Shown: positions 18,973 through 29,811, counted from the first letter of the whole stretch. The stretch is DNA of 63,644 nucleotides, filler included, from 6 parts of 6 records of this genome joined end to end with filler, not necessarily neighbours in it; one strand, 5' to 3'. Numbers and translations are program-made. Notes: a model not told the origin generated them from the sequence alone.

Positions 18973-19737
18973 ATGCAGAATCCGCCACTGCCGCGCTACG
19001 AGGCCTTGAAGGGCTTCATTTGCGGAAAGATCGACAACGGCGAATGGAAGCCGGATGACCGGATCCCCTCCGAAACAGTGCTTGCCGAAGATTTCGGCGT
19101 CTCGCGGATGACGGCAAACCGGGCAATAAGGGAGCTGACCGCCGAGGGCCGGCTGATGCGCATCGCCGGCGTCGGGACCTTTGTGCTTGCGCCCAAGGTG
19201 CGCGGCACAATCCTTGAAATCCGCAGTATTTCCGATGAAATCGCAGCACGCGGCCACACCCATAGCAGCCGGCTGATCTATCTGGGCAAGATCAGGGCGA
19301 CGAGCCGTATCGCCGGCGTTCTGGAAGTGGCAGAGGGGACGCTGGTCTTCAACGTCGTCATCGTGCACATGGAAAACGGCGAGCCGGTGCAGCTTGAGAC
19401 CCGCTACGTCAATCCGCTGGCGGCGCCCGATTTTCTCGAACTCGATTTCTCCGCGCGGACGCCGAGTGATTATCTGCTTGGTCGTTTGCCGGTCGCCGAG
19501 ATCGAACAGACCATCGAGGCCCGACTGCCGACGCCGGACGAAGCAGAGCATCTGCATATGGATCTCTCGGAGCCGTGCCTGGTGCTGGATCGGCGGTCGC
19601 GCTCCGGTCGGCTGGTGGTGACCTATGTAAAGCTGGTGCATCCCGGCCGGCGGGTGACGCTCGGCGGCCTCACGGTCGGCGGTGCGCAGGATTCACCGAT
19701 GGCAGGCGAGGCCGCGTTTGGCGAGAGTGCGGTTTAA
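18973..19737 (+). CDS. hutC: GntR/HutC-subfamily repressor (HTH + UTRA)
   Basis: IPSE..LAEDFGVSRMTANRA, GVGTFV, I.DEIAARGH.H, HMENGEPVQLETRYVN. Confidence 0.9.
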   Translation: MQNPPLPRYEALKGFICGKIDNGEWKPDDRIPSETVLAEDFGVSRMTANRAIRELTAEGRLMRIAGVGTFVLAPKVRGTILEIRSISDEIAARGHTHSSRLIYLGKIRATSRIAGVLEVAEGTLVFNVVIVHMENGEPVQLETRYVNPLAAPDFLELDFSARTPSDYLLGRLPVAEIEQTIEARLPTPDEAEHLHMDLSEPCLVLDRRSRSGRLVVTYVKLVHPGRRVTLGGLTVGGAQDSPMAGEAAFGESAV

Positions 19738-19807
19738 CAGGCCATCCGCGCCCTGCTGAATTTACGGTCAATGCTATTTTTTGCCTTGCGAATGGGCAAT
19801 TCGCATG

Positions 19808-19821
19808 CTTGTATATACAAG
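19808..19821. promoter_or_regulatory. HutC operator, perfect palindrome CTTGTATATACAAG
   Basis: Matches the known HutC TGTA-N2-TACA consensus; lies 50 bp upstream of the lyase gene. Confidence 0.85.
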
Positions 19822-19870
19822 TACAGACATTCAAAAGCGCCGTCGGGCGCTTCGATCGAAGGGTACGTCC

Positions 19871-21373
19871 TTGAAAGCGCAGGCTCCCGTCATTCTCAGC
19901 GCCAACCCGCCCGGCCTTGCCGAAATCGTGCGCATCGCCCGTCACGGCGCTCCGGTCAAGATCGCCGGTGAGCTGACGGCGCTGCTGGAGAAGAGCCGCG
20001 CGGTGATCGAGCGGCAGCTTGCGGACAATGCGCCGGTTTACGGGCTCACCACCGGGCTTGGCGCGGGCGTCGACACGAGGCTCGAAACCTCCGACATTGT
20101 CGCCTTCCAGCAGCGCGTGCCGGAAGCGCGCGCGGTCGGGGTTGGTTCCGGTCTTTCCCGTGAGGTCGTGCGTGCGGTCATGGCCGCGCGGCTGGCGGGC
20201 TTTGCCTCGGGCGGGGCAGGGGTTTCGCCGGGGGTCGCGGCATCGCTTGCCGCAGCCCTCAATGCCGGTTTCCATCCGGTGATCCGCGCTCTCGGCTCGA
20301 TCGGCGCCGCCGACCTCGCGCCGCTTTCCGACATGGCGCGCGGGCTGTTGGGCCACGGCGAGGTGGAATTCGGCGGCGAGATCATGGATGCAGGCAAGGC
20401 GCTTGAAAAAGCCGGACTGGCGTCATTGACGCTCGGACCGCGCGACGGCCACGCGCTGGTGGTTGGCAACAGCCTGTCGATCGGCCAGGCCTGCCTTGCA
20501 GTCGATGATCTGGCCCGCACGCTCGACTGGTCTGTTGCAGCCCTTGCGCTGAACTTCGAAGCGTTTCGCGCCAATGTCACCGTCATCGACCCGCGCGCGC
20601 TGTCGCGCCGCCCGGCGTTCGGGCAGGAGGCTGCCGGCAGGAGACTTGCGGATATGCTCGCGGGAAGCGGCCTTTTCGAACCGGACGCGGCCAGGCGGCT
20701 GCAGGATCCGGTCAGCTATCGCTGCGCGCCGCAGATCTGGGGCGCGCTCATTCATGCACTGGAAGAGGCGACGGTGGCGGCCGAAATAGAGATCGCCGGC
20801 GCCGGTGACAATCCGGTGGTGCTTGTCGAAGACAACGCGCTGATCCACAACGGCAATTTCGATACAACGGCCTTCGCGCTCTCCTTCGAGCGCCTCGGCC
20901 TTGCGATCGCCCAGTGCGCCTCGGCAACCGCCCATCGGACCATGAAGATCATGTCGCCCGGGATTTCCGAACTGCCGCGTTTCCTGACGCCGAGAGGCGC
21001 AAGCCGCACCGGGTTTGCCACGGTGCAGAAGACGGTTTCTGCGCTGGAGGCGGAGATCCGCCATCTTGCCAATCCGGTGGCGTTTTCGCCGATCCCGGTT
21101 GCGGACGGCATCGAGGATCACGCGTCGATGGCGCCTTCGGTGATGGCCAAGACCGCCGCGATCATCGAGCGCTTCCGCTATCTCGTCGCCATCGAACTGA
21201 TCGCCGCAAGCCAGGCGGTCGAACTGCGCGGCGTCGAAAGCCTCGGCGCTGGCGCTTCCGCCGCATACGCCAAGGTGCGCTCAATCGTCGAGCCGCTCGA
21301 TGAAGACCGCGCCCAGGCGCCCGATTTTTCCAGAATGTCCGATTTCATCCGGGTGAACGCGCCCGGCTCATGA
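19871..21373 (+). CDS. HAL/PAL-family aromatic amino acid lyase lacking the Ala-Ser-Gly MIO motif (ergothionase-like)
   Basis: VYGLTTGLGA, GSIGAADLAPL, LQDPVSYRCAPQ, DNP, NGNF, GIEDH; TTG start inferred from RBS. Confidence 0.85.
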   Translation: MKAQAPVILSANPPGLAEIVRIARHGAPVKIAGELTALLEKSRAVIERQLADNAPVYGLTTGLGAGVDTRLETSDIVAFQQRVPEARAVGVGSGLSREVVRAVMAARLAGFASGGAGVSPGVAASLAAALNAGFHPVIRALGSIGAADLAPLSDMARGLLGHGEVEFGGEIMDAGKALEKAGLASLTLGPRDGHALVVGNSLSIGQACLAVDDLARTLDWSVAALALNFEAFRANVTVIDPRALSRRPAFGQEAAGRRLADMLAGSGLFEPDAARRLQDPVSYRCAPQIWGALIHALEEATVAAEIEIAGAGDNPVVLVEDNALIHNGNFDTTAFALSFERLGLAIAQCASATAHRTMKIMSPGISELPRFLTPRGASRTGFATVQKTVSALEAEIRHLANPVAFSPIPVADGIEDHASMAPSVMAKTAAIIERFRYLVAIELIAASQAVELRGVESLGAGASAAYAKVRSIVEPLDEDRAQAPDFSRMSDFIRVNAPGS

Positions 21374-21437
21374 AGTCCAATAACAAGGGTCGTAAAGACC
21401 TCCCAAAACCTCCAACCCCGATATCAGAGGGAATGAC

Positions 21438-22319
21438 ATGAAATTCGCATCCATCCTCGCCGCTGCCCTGATCGCCGCAGCGGCGGCAGCGCCCGCCAAG
21501 GCCGATCCGATCCAGGTCGGCTCCAAGAACTTCACCGAGCAGTATATTCTCGGCGAAATGTATGCCGCGCTGCTGGAAAACGCCGGCTATGAGGTCGATC
21601 GCAAGATCAATCTCGGCGGCACGCTGATCGCCCATCAGGCGCTGACCACCGGCGAGATCGACCTCTATCCGGAATATACCGGCACGGCGCTCAGCGCTGT
21701 CGTCAAGGGCGAAATCTCCTCGGACCCCGACGCCGTTTACGCCACGGTGAAGGATTATTACGCCGGAGAACTCGGCCTCGTCTGGCTGGAGCCGACCGGC
21801 ATCAACAACGGCTATGCCATCGTCGTGCGCCAGGATACCGCCGATGAATACAAGCTTGCCACGCTTTCCGATCTCGCCGCAGCCGCCGGCGACCTCATCA
21901 TGGGCGGCGGGCCCGAATTTCCCGACCGCGCCGACGGCCTGCCGGGCCTGAAGGATGTTTACGGTATCGAATTCAAGGAATTCAAGCAGTTCGCCAAGCT
22001 CGGCCTGCGCTACGACGCGCTGCTGCAGGGCGATATCGACGTGGCCAACGGCTATGCCACCGACTGGCAGATCGGCGCCGAGGGTCTTGTACCCCTCGAT
22101 GACGACAAGGGCCTGTTCCCGCCCTATTACGTCGCCCCGGTCGTGCGCGCCGAGGTGCTCGAGGCCAATCCGGGCATGGCCGAGGTGCTGAACGCGCTGG
22201 CACCGCATGTCGACAACGCCGTGATGCGCAAGCTCAACGCCGAAGTCGAACAGAACCGCGAAGAACCCGAGGACGTCGCCAAGGCGTATCTCGAGGAAAT
22301 CGGCCTTATCAACAATTGA
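21438..22319 (+). CDS. Quaternary-amine ABC substrate-binding protein (OpuCC/OsmX/YehZ/EgtU-like)
   Basis: Signal peptide, VGSKNFTEQ, LGGT, DLYPEYTGT, DDDKGLFPPY. Confidence 0.9.
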   Translation: MKFASILAAALIAAAAAAPAKADPIQVGSKNFTEQYILGEMYAALLENAGYEVDRKINLGGTLIAHQALTTGEIDLYPEYTGTALSAVVKGEISSDPDAVYATVKDYYAGELGLVWLEPTGINNGYAIVVRQDTADEYKLATLSDLAAAAGDLIMGGGPEFPDRADGLPGLKDVYGIEFKEFKQFAKLGLRYDALLQGDIDVANGYATDWQIGAEGLVPLDDDKGLFPPYYVAPVVRAEVLEANPGMAEVLNALAPHVDNAVMRKLNAEVEQNREEPEDVAKAYLEEIGLINN

Positions 22320-22374
22320 GGCCCGCCGGCCGGGCCTTGTGCCCGGCCCTTCTCTATCTTGCCGGAGCGATAAA

Positions 22375-23379
22375 ATGCAGGAAATCTGGATCGACTACCT
22401 CAACGCGATCGACGCCAAGGCGCTGTCGCTCACCGATGACGAGATCTTGTCCGCCGTCGAAAGGGCGCTTGCCGACCAGGGCCGCGGCGAAACCGTGATC
22501 GAGCCGCGCGTGCATCTGGTGCCGGAAAGCTCCGACAAGGGGCATTTCAATGTGCTGCGCGGCTATGTGAAGTCGCTTGGCTTTGCCGGCGTCAAGGTGG
22601 TCGGCGATTTCGTCGACAACTACAAGCACGGCCTTCCCTCCGAACTCGCCGTGCTCAACCTGTTCGATCCCGAGACCGGCATTCCCAAAGCCGTGATCGA
22701 TGCGACCGCGATTACCGACATGCGCACCGGCGCCGTCACCGCGCTCGGCGCCAAGTATCTGGCGCGAAAGGACAGCAAGATCCTTGGCCATGTCGGCGCG
22801 CGCGGCACCTCCTACTGGAATGTCCGCCTGCTCAATCATCTCTTCGATTTCGATGAGATCCGCGTCCATTCCCGACGCCCGGAAAGCCGGAATGCCTTCG
22901 CGGAACGGCTGGAACGCGACCTCGGCAAGAAAATCATCGTCACCGACAACTGGCAGGACTGCCTGGACGGCGCGGACATCATGATCGAGGCGAGCCGTCT
23001 GCCGGAACCGACGCCGCTGTTCAAGACCGAATGGGTCAGGAAGGGCGCGTTCGTGGTGCCGTACGGCACCATGAGCGCGCTCGAATTCGACCTCACCGAC
23101 ATCATGGACAAGGTGGTCGTCGACGACTGGGGCCAGTGCGGGCCGGGCCGGCCTTACGGCGCGCTGCGCCGCCATGTCGACGAAGGCAAGGTGACGGCGG
23201 AAAACCTTCATGCCGAGATCGGCCAGATCGTCTGTGGCGCAAAGCCCGGTCGCGAGAGCGAGGACGAAACCATCCTGTTCTGGCATCGAGGCCTTTCCAC
23301 CACCGATGTCGCGCTTGGCGCGGCGATGGTGGAAAAGGCGAGGACGCTCGGCATCGGCCAGCGCCTGCGCTTTGCCTGA
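22375..23379 (+). CDS. Ornithine cyclodeaminase / mu-crystallin family protein
   Basis: GVKVV, ITDMRTGAVTA, GHVGARG, GRE...E.ILFWHRGL...DVA. Confidence 0.88.
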   Translation: MQEIWIDYLNAIDAKALSLTDDEILSAVERALADQGRGETVIEPRVHLVPESSDKGHFNVLRGYVKSLGFAGVKVVGDFVDNYKHGLPSELAVLNLFDPETGIPKAVIDATAITDMRTGAVTALGAKYLARKDSKILGHVGARGTSYWNVRLLNHLFDFDEIRVHSRRPESRNAFAERLERDLGKKIIVTDNWQDCLDGADIMIEASRLPEPTPLFKTEWVRKGAFVVPYGTMSALEFDLTDIMDKVVVDDWGQCGPGRPYGALRRHVDEGKVTAENLHAEIGQIVCGAKPGRESEDETILFWHRGLSTTDVALGAAMVEKARTLGIGQRLRFA

Positions 23380-23388
23380 GGACGCCTG

Positions 23389-24183
23389 ATGGGCCTGATC
23401 GCCAACACACGGATGTATAATCTGACGCCGCCGATCCGCGCGCGGTTCGACGCGCTGGTCATGGCGGCGTCGGAAGCATCCGGCGTCGCGCTCGATGTGA
23501 TCGCCCACGAGGCCCCCAGGCCGCTCGGGGATCTCTGGAGCCGCGACGATATGGGCATGGTGTTCATGTGTTCCTATCCCTATGCGCAGCGCATGCCCCC
23601 GGCGCGGCCGCAGCCGCTGGCGGCCCCGGTTTCCACCGCCGATTGGGCGGCGGGCCGGCCGGTCTATGCAAGCCGGATCGTGGTGCGCGCCGACGATCCG
23701 CCGGCGGACCTCGGCAAGGCCCGATGGGTCTGGACGGTGCGGGATTCGCAATCCGGCTATAACGCCGCGCGCGAGTTTCTCGCCGGCCTCGACCTCAAGG
23801 GCGAGGTCGAAACGGTGGGCCCGGTGGTCACGCCCGCCGGCGTCATGGAGGCCGTGCGTTCCGGCAAGGCCGATGCCGGGGCCGTCGATGCCTATGCCTG
23901 GCAGCTTCTGGAAATGCACGCGCCGGAGATGATCGCCGACCTTGCGGTTGCCGCGACCACGGCGCCTGCGCCATTCCCGATGCTGGTCGCCGCCGCCGCC
24001 GCGCCTAAGGAAAGCATCGAGAAGCTGCGGGGAGCCTTGCTCGCGCTCCATGAAACCGAAGGCGGAAGGGCGGTGCTCGTCTCGCTCGGGCTTTCCCGCT
24101 TCGCCATGCCGGATCTTGCCGCGGTCGAGGCCTTGACCGGGCGCGCCCGCGAGACCGACGCCCGTCTTGGCGCGCGATGGTGA
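23389..24183 (+). CDS. PhnD/SsuA/transferrin-fold protein without signal peptide
   Basis: N-terminal ANTRMYN, CSYPY, Y.SRIVVRAD, SQSGYNA, GKADAGAVD. Confidence 0.75.
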   Translation: MGLIANTRMYNLTPPIRARFDALVMAASEASGVALDVIAHEAPRPLGDLWSRDDMGMVFMCSYPYAQRMPPARPQPLAAPVSTADWAAGRPVYASRIVVRADDPPADLGKARWVWTVRDSQSGYNAAREFLAGLDLKGEVETVGPVVTPAGVMEAVRSGKADAGAVDAYAWQLLEMHAPEMIADLAVAATTAPAPFPMLVAAAAAPKESIEKLRGALLALHETEGGRAVLVSLGLSRFAMPDLAAVEALTGRARETDARLGARW

Positions 24184-24247
24184 CGCAATCTTTCTGCGCA
24201 GCAAGGGCGCGCGGCCCGGCTGCATCGATCAACAAAGGAGGCTGCCG

Positions 24248-24877
24248 ATGAAATGGCTGCCAGGACATCTCGACGACGTGGGGGAGGCGCTGTTGCAGCA
24301 TCTCTATCTCGTGGTCGTCTCGGTCGGCATCGCGCTTGCGATCTCGCTGGTGATCGGCATCTGGTCGGCGCACCGACCGAAGACCTTCAACGCAGCGCTG
24401 ATGATCACCGGCGTGCTGTTCGCGATCCCGAGTCTTGCGCTGTTCGCGCTGTTCATTCCGGTGCTCGGCATCGGCGCGGCACCCGCAATCACCGGGCTCT
24501 CGCTCTATTCGCTGATGATCCTGATCCGCAATATCGGCCTCGGTTTCCAGTCGATCCCCGCCGACGTCATGGAAGCGGCTCACGGCATGGGCTATGGCTC
24601 TTTCCGCAGGCTTTGGGAAGTCGAATTGCCGATCGCGCTGCCCTTCATCGTCGGCGGCATCCGGATCGCGACCGTCACCGTGATCGGCATCGCCACAGTG
24701 GCTGCCTACATCAATGCCGGCGGGCTTGGCGCGATCATCTTCCAGGGCATCGACCAGCGCTTTCCCGAAAAGATCATCGTCGGCGGGCTGCTGACTTCGG
24801 CACTCGCGCTTTCGGCGGATTACGCGTTGTCGGCGCTTGAAACCCGGTTGCGGCGCAGAAGCGGGAGGCCCGCATGA
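24248..24877 (+). CDS. Osmoprotectant-type ABC permease
   Basis: IPSLAL, EAAHGMG, VELPIALP.I..GIR, AGGLG. Confidence 0.9.
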   Translation: MKWLPGHLDDVGEALLQHLYLVVVSVGIALAISLVIGIWSAHRPKTFNAALMITGVLFAIPSLALFALFIPVLGIGAAPAITGLSLYSLMILIRNIGLGFQSIPADVMEAAHGMGYGSFRRLWEVELPIALPFIVGGIRIATVTVIGIATVAAYINAGGLGAIIFQGIDQRFPEKIIVGGLLTSALALSADYALSALETRLRRRSGRPA

Positions 24878-25509
24878 TCGTTATCGAAGCCTTTCAGTGG
24901 ATCGCCGAAAACCAGTCGGCCTTCTTTTCCGCCTTCGACCGGCATCTCCTCCTGTGTTTCGTCTCGCTCGCCATCGCGCTTGGCATCTCGCTGCCGCTCG
25001 GCTTCAAGGTTGCCCATTCGCCGCGCGCGGCCTTTGCCGCGATCAATGTCGCCGGTTCGCTGCGGTCGATCCCGAGCCTCGCCATTCTCGCCGCCGCCAT
25101 GCCGCTGCTCGGCATCGGGCTGTGGCCCTCGGTGGTGGCGCTGGTGGTGCTGGCCGTGCCGCCGCTGCTGCTCAACACCGTGATCGGAATTCGCGAAATC
25201 GACAGCGCCATTCTCGACGCCGCGACCGGCATGGGCATGGGCCGGCGCGACATACTGTGGCAGATCGAGATTCCGCTTGCCGTCCCCTCGATCATTGCCG
25301 GGGTGCGCACCAGCGCAATCCAGGTGATTGGCGGGGCGGCGCTCGCCTCCTTCATCGGCGGCGGCGGGTTGGGCGATTTCATCAACGCCGGCATTGCGCT
25401 GATGAACATGCCGCGCCTGCTTGTCGGCGCACTTCCGATCGCGGCGCTCGCGATCTTTGCCGAACTGTTCTTCGGCTGGCTCGAACGCCGCCTCACCAAC
25501 AGACGCTGA
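24874..25509 (+). CDS. Osmoprotectant-type ABC permease
   Basis: IPSLA, DAATGMGM, IEIPLAVP.IIAGVR, GGGGLG. Confidence 0.9.
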   Translation: MIVIEAFQWIAENQSAFFSAFDRHLLLCFVSLAIALGISLPLGFKVAHSPRAAFAAINVAGSLRSIPSLAILAAAMPLLGIGLWPSVVALVVLAVPPLLLNTVIGIREIDSAILDAATGMGMGRRDILWQIEIPLAVPSIIAGVRTSAIQVIGGAALASFIGGGGLGDFINAGIALMNMPRLLVGALPIAALAIFAELFFGWLERRLTNRR

Positions 25510-25525
25510 CCGCAAGGGCCGAACC

Positions 25526-25642
25526 ATGATTACCATCGAACACGTTTCCAAGAACTACGACGACGGCGGCCATCTTGCGGTCGACAATCTCGATCTCACC
25601 ATCGAGACCGGAACCACCGTGGCGCTGATCGGCCCGTCGGGC
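25526..25642 (+). CDS. ABC ATP-binding subunit (5' fragment)
   Basis: MITIEHVSKNY...LIGPSG, runs into linker. Confidence 0.85.
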
Positions 25643-25742
25643 NNNNNNNNNNNNNNNNNNNNNNNNNNNNNNNNNNNNNNNNNNNNTTAATTAATTAANN
25701 NNNNNNNNNNNNNNNNNNNNNNNNNNNNNNNNNNNNNNNNNN
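25643..25742. other. Artificial contig linker
   Basis: N-TTAATTAATTAA-N. Confidence 0.98.
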
Positions 25743-26031
25743 GTTCAAGGGCAAGAAGATGGCCGGTCACCTTGGTGACGTTCGCAAGACGGTACAAAGC
25801 GTTGAAATCATTGAAACGCGGGTTGAAGACGGTCTCATCCTCGTTAAAGGCGGTATCCCAGGCTCGAAAGAGGGTTGGGTGCTGATCTCTGACGCTGCGA
25901 AGAAAGCCGCTCCGGAAGGTTTGCCGATGCCGGCAGCATTCCGCGCACCTGCGCAAGCAGAAGCTCCTGTAGAAGCACCGGCTGAAACGCCTGCTGAAAC
26001 AGAAGCCGCTGCAGAAGGTAACGAGGAATAA
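25743..26031 (+). CDS. rplC: 50S ribosomal protein L3 (3' part)
   Basis: [21 protein letters not shown]. Confidence 0.95.
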
Positions 26032-26036
26032 GCGTC

Positions 26037-26657
26037 ATGAAGACCGACGTCCTTACACTTGACGCCAAAAAAGCTGGTGACATCGATCTCGATGAAGCCA
26101 TCTTCGGCGTAACTGCACGTGCAGACATCCTGCACCGTGTAGTAAACTGGCAGCTCGCAAAGCGCCGTGCTGGTACTCACGCTGTGAAGTTCCGCTCGGA
26201 TATCGCTCGCACTGGCAAGAAGTTCGGCAAACAAAAAGGTGGTGGTGGCGCACGTCACGGTAACCGCCGTTCGAACATCTTCGTTGGTGGTGGTCGTGCC
26301 TTTGGCCCGATCCCGCGTGATCACGGTTTCGACCTGCCGAAGAAAATTCGCAAGCTTGGCCTGAAATCGGCTCTGTCCGCTAAAGTAGCAGACGGCAAGC
26401 TCATCATCGTTGATGTTGCGGAATTGAAAGACGGTAAAACGAAAGAGTTGAAAGTGAAGCTCGAGAAACTCGGCCTCGCAAATGCTCTCTTCGTTGATGG
26501 CGCTGAAGTGAATGAAAACTTCAAGCGTGCTGTCGCGAACATTCCAAACGTTGACGTGCTGCCAAGCCAAGGTGCTAACGTGTACGACATTCTCCGTCGC
26601 GACACGCTGGTTCTGACCAAAGCTGCAGTTGCTAAACTCGAGGAGAGGCTCAAATGA
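26037..26657 (+). CDS. rplD: 50S ribosomal protein L4
   Basis: [18 protein letters not shown]. Confidence 0.98.
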   Translation: MKTDVLTLDAKKAGDIDLDEAIFGVTARADILHRVVNWQLAKRRAGTHAVKFRSDIARTGKKFGKQKGGGGARHGNRRSNIFVGGGRAFGPIPRDHGFDLPKKIRKLGLKSALSAKVADGKLIIVDVAELKDGKTKELKVKLEKLGLANALFVDGAEVNENFKRAVANIPNVDVLPSQGANVYDILRRDTLVLTKAAVAKLEERLK

Positions 26658-26947
26658 CCGCGATCAAGCATTATGACGTGATCAAGAGCCCAGTGATCAC
26701 CGAGAAGGCAACGCTCGGCTCTGAAAATAACCAGGTAACCTTCAAAGTAGCGATCGACGCGACCAAGCCGGAAATTAAAGCGGCTGTGGAAGCACTCTTC
26801 GACGTGAAAGTGAAGAAAGTCAACACGCTCCGCCAAGAAGGCAAAGTAAAGCGTTTCCGTGGTGTAAACGGCCGTCGTGCCGAATACAAAAAAGCCATGG
26901 TAACACTTGCCGAAGGCAGCAGCATTGACGTGACGACGGGGGTTTAA
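26654..26947 (+). CDS. rplW: 50S ribosomal protein L23
   Basis: [15 protein letters not shown]. Confidence 0.98.
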   Translation: MTAIKHYDVIKSPVITEKATLGSENNQVTFKVAIDATKPEIKAAVEALFDVKVKKVNTLRQEGKVKRFRGVNGRRAEYKKAMVTLAEGSSIDVTTGV

Positions 26948-26950
26948 CCG

Positions 26951-27787
<837 letters not shown>

Positions 27788-27799
27788 GGAGTCCTGAAT

Positions 27800-28081
27800 A
27801 TGGCACGCTCTGTATGGAAAGGCCCTTTCGTTGACATGCACCTTCTCAAGAAGGTGGAAGCGGCTATGGAAAGCGGTAAAACTTCGGCAATTATCCAGAC
27901 TTGGTCACGTCGTTCGACCATTCTGCCGAATTTCGTTGGGCTGACCTTCAATGTCTACAATGGGCAAAAGTTCATTCCTGTCTACGTGACGGAAGACATG
28001 GTTGGTCACAAGCTCGGTGAATTCGCTCCGACACGTACCTACTACGGTCACGCTGCGGACAAGAAAGCGAAGAGGAAGTAA
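27800..28081 (+). CDS. rpsS: 30S ribosomal protein S19
   Basis: [21 protein letters not shown]. Confidence 0.99.
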   Translation: MARSVWKGPFVDMHLLKKVEAAMESGKTSAIIQTWSRRSTILPNFVGLTFNVYNGQKFIPVYVTEDMVGHKLGEFAPTRTYYGHAADKKAKRK

Positions 28082-28083
28082 CT

Positions 28084-28464
28084 GTGGGTAAGCAATCTGC
28101 AAAACGCCGTTTGGCGGATAATGAAGCAGTAGCAACCGCTACGATGCTTCGCGGCTCGCCCCAGAAACTTAATCTGGTGGCTGCTAGCATTCGCGGTATG
28201 AAAGTGGAAAAAGCTCTGGCTAGCCTGAGCTTCAACCGCCGCCGTAGCGCGATTGAGGTGAAGAAAGTTCTGCAGTCTGCAGTCGCAAACGCAGAAAACA
28301 ACCATAATCTGGACGTCGACAGCCTTGTCGTGGCCGAAGCAACTGTGGGTAAGGCGCTCGTTATGAAACGCTTCCGCGCCCGTGCTCGTGGTCGTGTAGG
28401 TAAGATCGTCAAGCCGTTCAGTCGTCTGCGCATTGTTGTGCGCGAAGTAGAGGAGACTGCATAA
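28084..28464 (+). CDS. rplV: 50S ribosomal protein L22
   Basis: [16 protein letters not shown]. Confidence 0.98.
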   Translation: MGKQSAKRRLADNEAVATATMLRGSPQKLNLVAASIRGMKVEKALASLSFNRRRSAIEVKKVLQSAVANAENNHNLDVDSLVVAEATVGKALVMKRFRARARGRVGKIVKPFSRLRIVVREVEETA

Positions 28465-29159
28465 TGGGTCAGAAAGTAAGTCCCGTTGGTCTGCGCCTGG
28501 GTGTGAACCGCACCTGGGACTCGCGCTGGTATGCCGAAGGCGATGACTATGGCACGCTGTTGCACGAAGACCTGAATATCCGCAAGTTCGTGATGAAAGA
28601 ACTGTCACAAGCTGGCATTTCAAAAGTGATCATCGAACGTCCGGCCAAAAAATGCCGCGTGACCATTTACTCGGCTCGTCCGGGTGTGATCATCGGTAAA
28701 AAAGGCGCCGACATTGAGAAGCTCCGTCGTAAGGTTGCAAACTTTACGAAGTCTGACGTGAGCCTGAACATTGTCGAAGTCCGTAAGCCGGAAATCGATG
28801 CTAAACTGATCGCTGACAACATCGCACAGCAGCTTGAGCGTCGTGTTGCGTTCCGTCGCGCCATGAAGCGCGCGGTACAAAGCGCAATTCGTCTCGGTGC
28901 CGGCGGTATCCGTATCAACTGTGCAGGCCGTCTTGGTGGCGCAGAGATCGCACGGACCGAGTGGTACCGCGAAGGCCGCGTGCCGTTGCACACCCTGCGT
29001 GCAGACATCGACTACGGTGTCTCTGAAGCCCTGACCGCTTATGGTATCTGCGGTATCAAGGTTTGGGTGTTCAAAGGCGAGATCATGGAACACGATCCGA
29101 TGGCTCACGAACGTCGTGCAAACGAAGTTCAAAGCCAAGGTGGTCCGTCCCGCCGTTAG
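28464..29159 (+). CDS. rpsC: 30S ribosomal protein S3
   Basis: [24 protein letters not shown]. Confidence 0.99.
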   Translation: MGQKVSPVGLRLGVNRTWDSRWYAEGDDYGTLLHEDLNIRKFVMKELSQAGISKVIIERPAKKCRVTIYSARPGVIIGKKGADIEKLRRKVANFTKSDVSLNIVEVRKPEIDAKLIADNIAQQLERRVAFRRAMKRAVQSAIRLGAGGIRINCAGRLGGAEIARTEWYREGRVPLHTLRADIDYGVSEALTAYGICGIKVWVFKGEIMEHDPMAHERRANEVQSQGGPSRR

Positions 29160-29190
29160 GCCGGACGGTAAGTGATAGGAGCGACATAAA

Positions 29191-29601
29191 ATGTTGCAAC
29201 CGAAACGTACGAAGTTCCGTAAGGCCCACAAAGGCCGTATCCATGGCAATGCCAAGGGCGGAACCGATCTTAACTTTGGTCAGTTTGGTCTTAAAGCGAC
29301 CGCACCTGGCCGTGTAACTGCTCGCCAAATCGAGGCGGCTCGTCGTGCCATGAACCGTCACATGAAGCGGTCTGGTAAAGTGTGGATCCGGATTTTCCCG
29401 GATGTGCCTGTGACAGCCAAGCCTGCCGAGGTTCGGATGGGTAAAGGTAAAGGCTCTGTCGATCGTTGGGTGTGCAAGGTAAAACCTGGCCGCATCATGT
29501 TTGAGATCGATGGTGTCTCTGAAGAACTGGCGCGTGGTGCGTTCGAACGTGCAGCTGCAAAGCTGGCCGTTGGTACTCGCATCGTGCAACGGATGCATTA
29601 G
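29191..29601 (+). CDS. rplP: 50S ribosomal protein L16
   Basis: [19 protein letters not shown]. Confidence 0.99.
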   Translation: MLQPKRTKFRKAHKGRIHGNAKGGTDLNFGQFGLKATAPGRVTARQIEAARRAMNRHMKRSGKVWIRIFPDVPVTAKPAEVRMGKGKGSVDRWVCKVKPGRIMFEIDGVSEELARGAFERAAAKLAVGTRIVQRMH

Positions 29602-29619
29602 AGCGAACGGAGAAGTAAG

Positions 29620-29811
29620 ATGAAGGCAGCTGATATTCGTGCCAAGTCGCAAGACGAGCTCCGTGAAGAGCTCGAGAACCTGAAAAAAGAGCAGTTGAAC
29701 CTGCGTTTTCAGGCGGCTTCCGGCCAATTGGAAAACACTGCTCGTGTTCGTGAGATCCGCCGCGATGTGGCCCGGATCAAAACGATCCTGAGCCAGTCGG
29801 CTGAGGCGTAA
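29620..29811 (+). CDS. rpmC: 50S ribosomal protein L29
   Basis: NLRFQ...[14 protein letters not shown]. Confidence 0.97.
   Translation: MKAADIRAKSQDELREELENLKKEQLNLRFQAASGQLENTARVREIRRDVARIKTILSQSAEA

Noticed and set aside
19871-21373. Annotation as ordinary histidase hutH
   Set aside because: The Ala-Ser-Gly MIO tripeptide is absent
15904-24225. Long antisense ORFs (e.g. 15904-17448 +, 22354-24225 -)
   Set aside because: Shadow frames of high-GC genes with clear family motifs on the opposite strand; the same applies to 41203-48768 and contig 6
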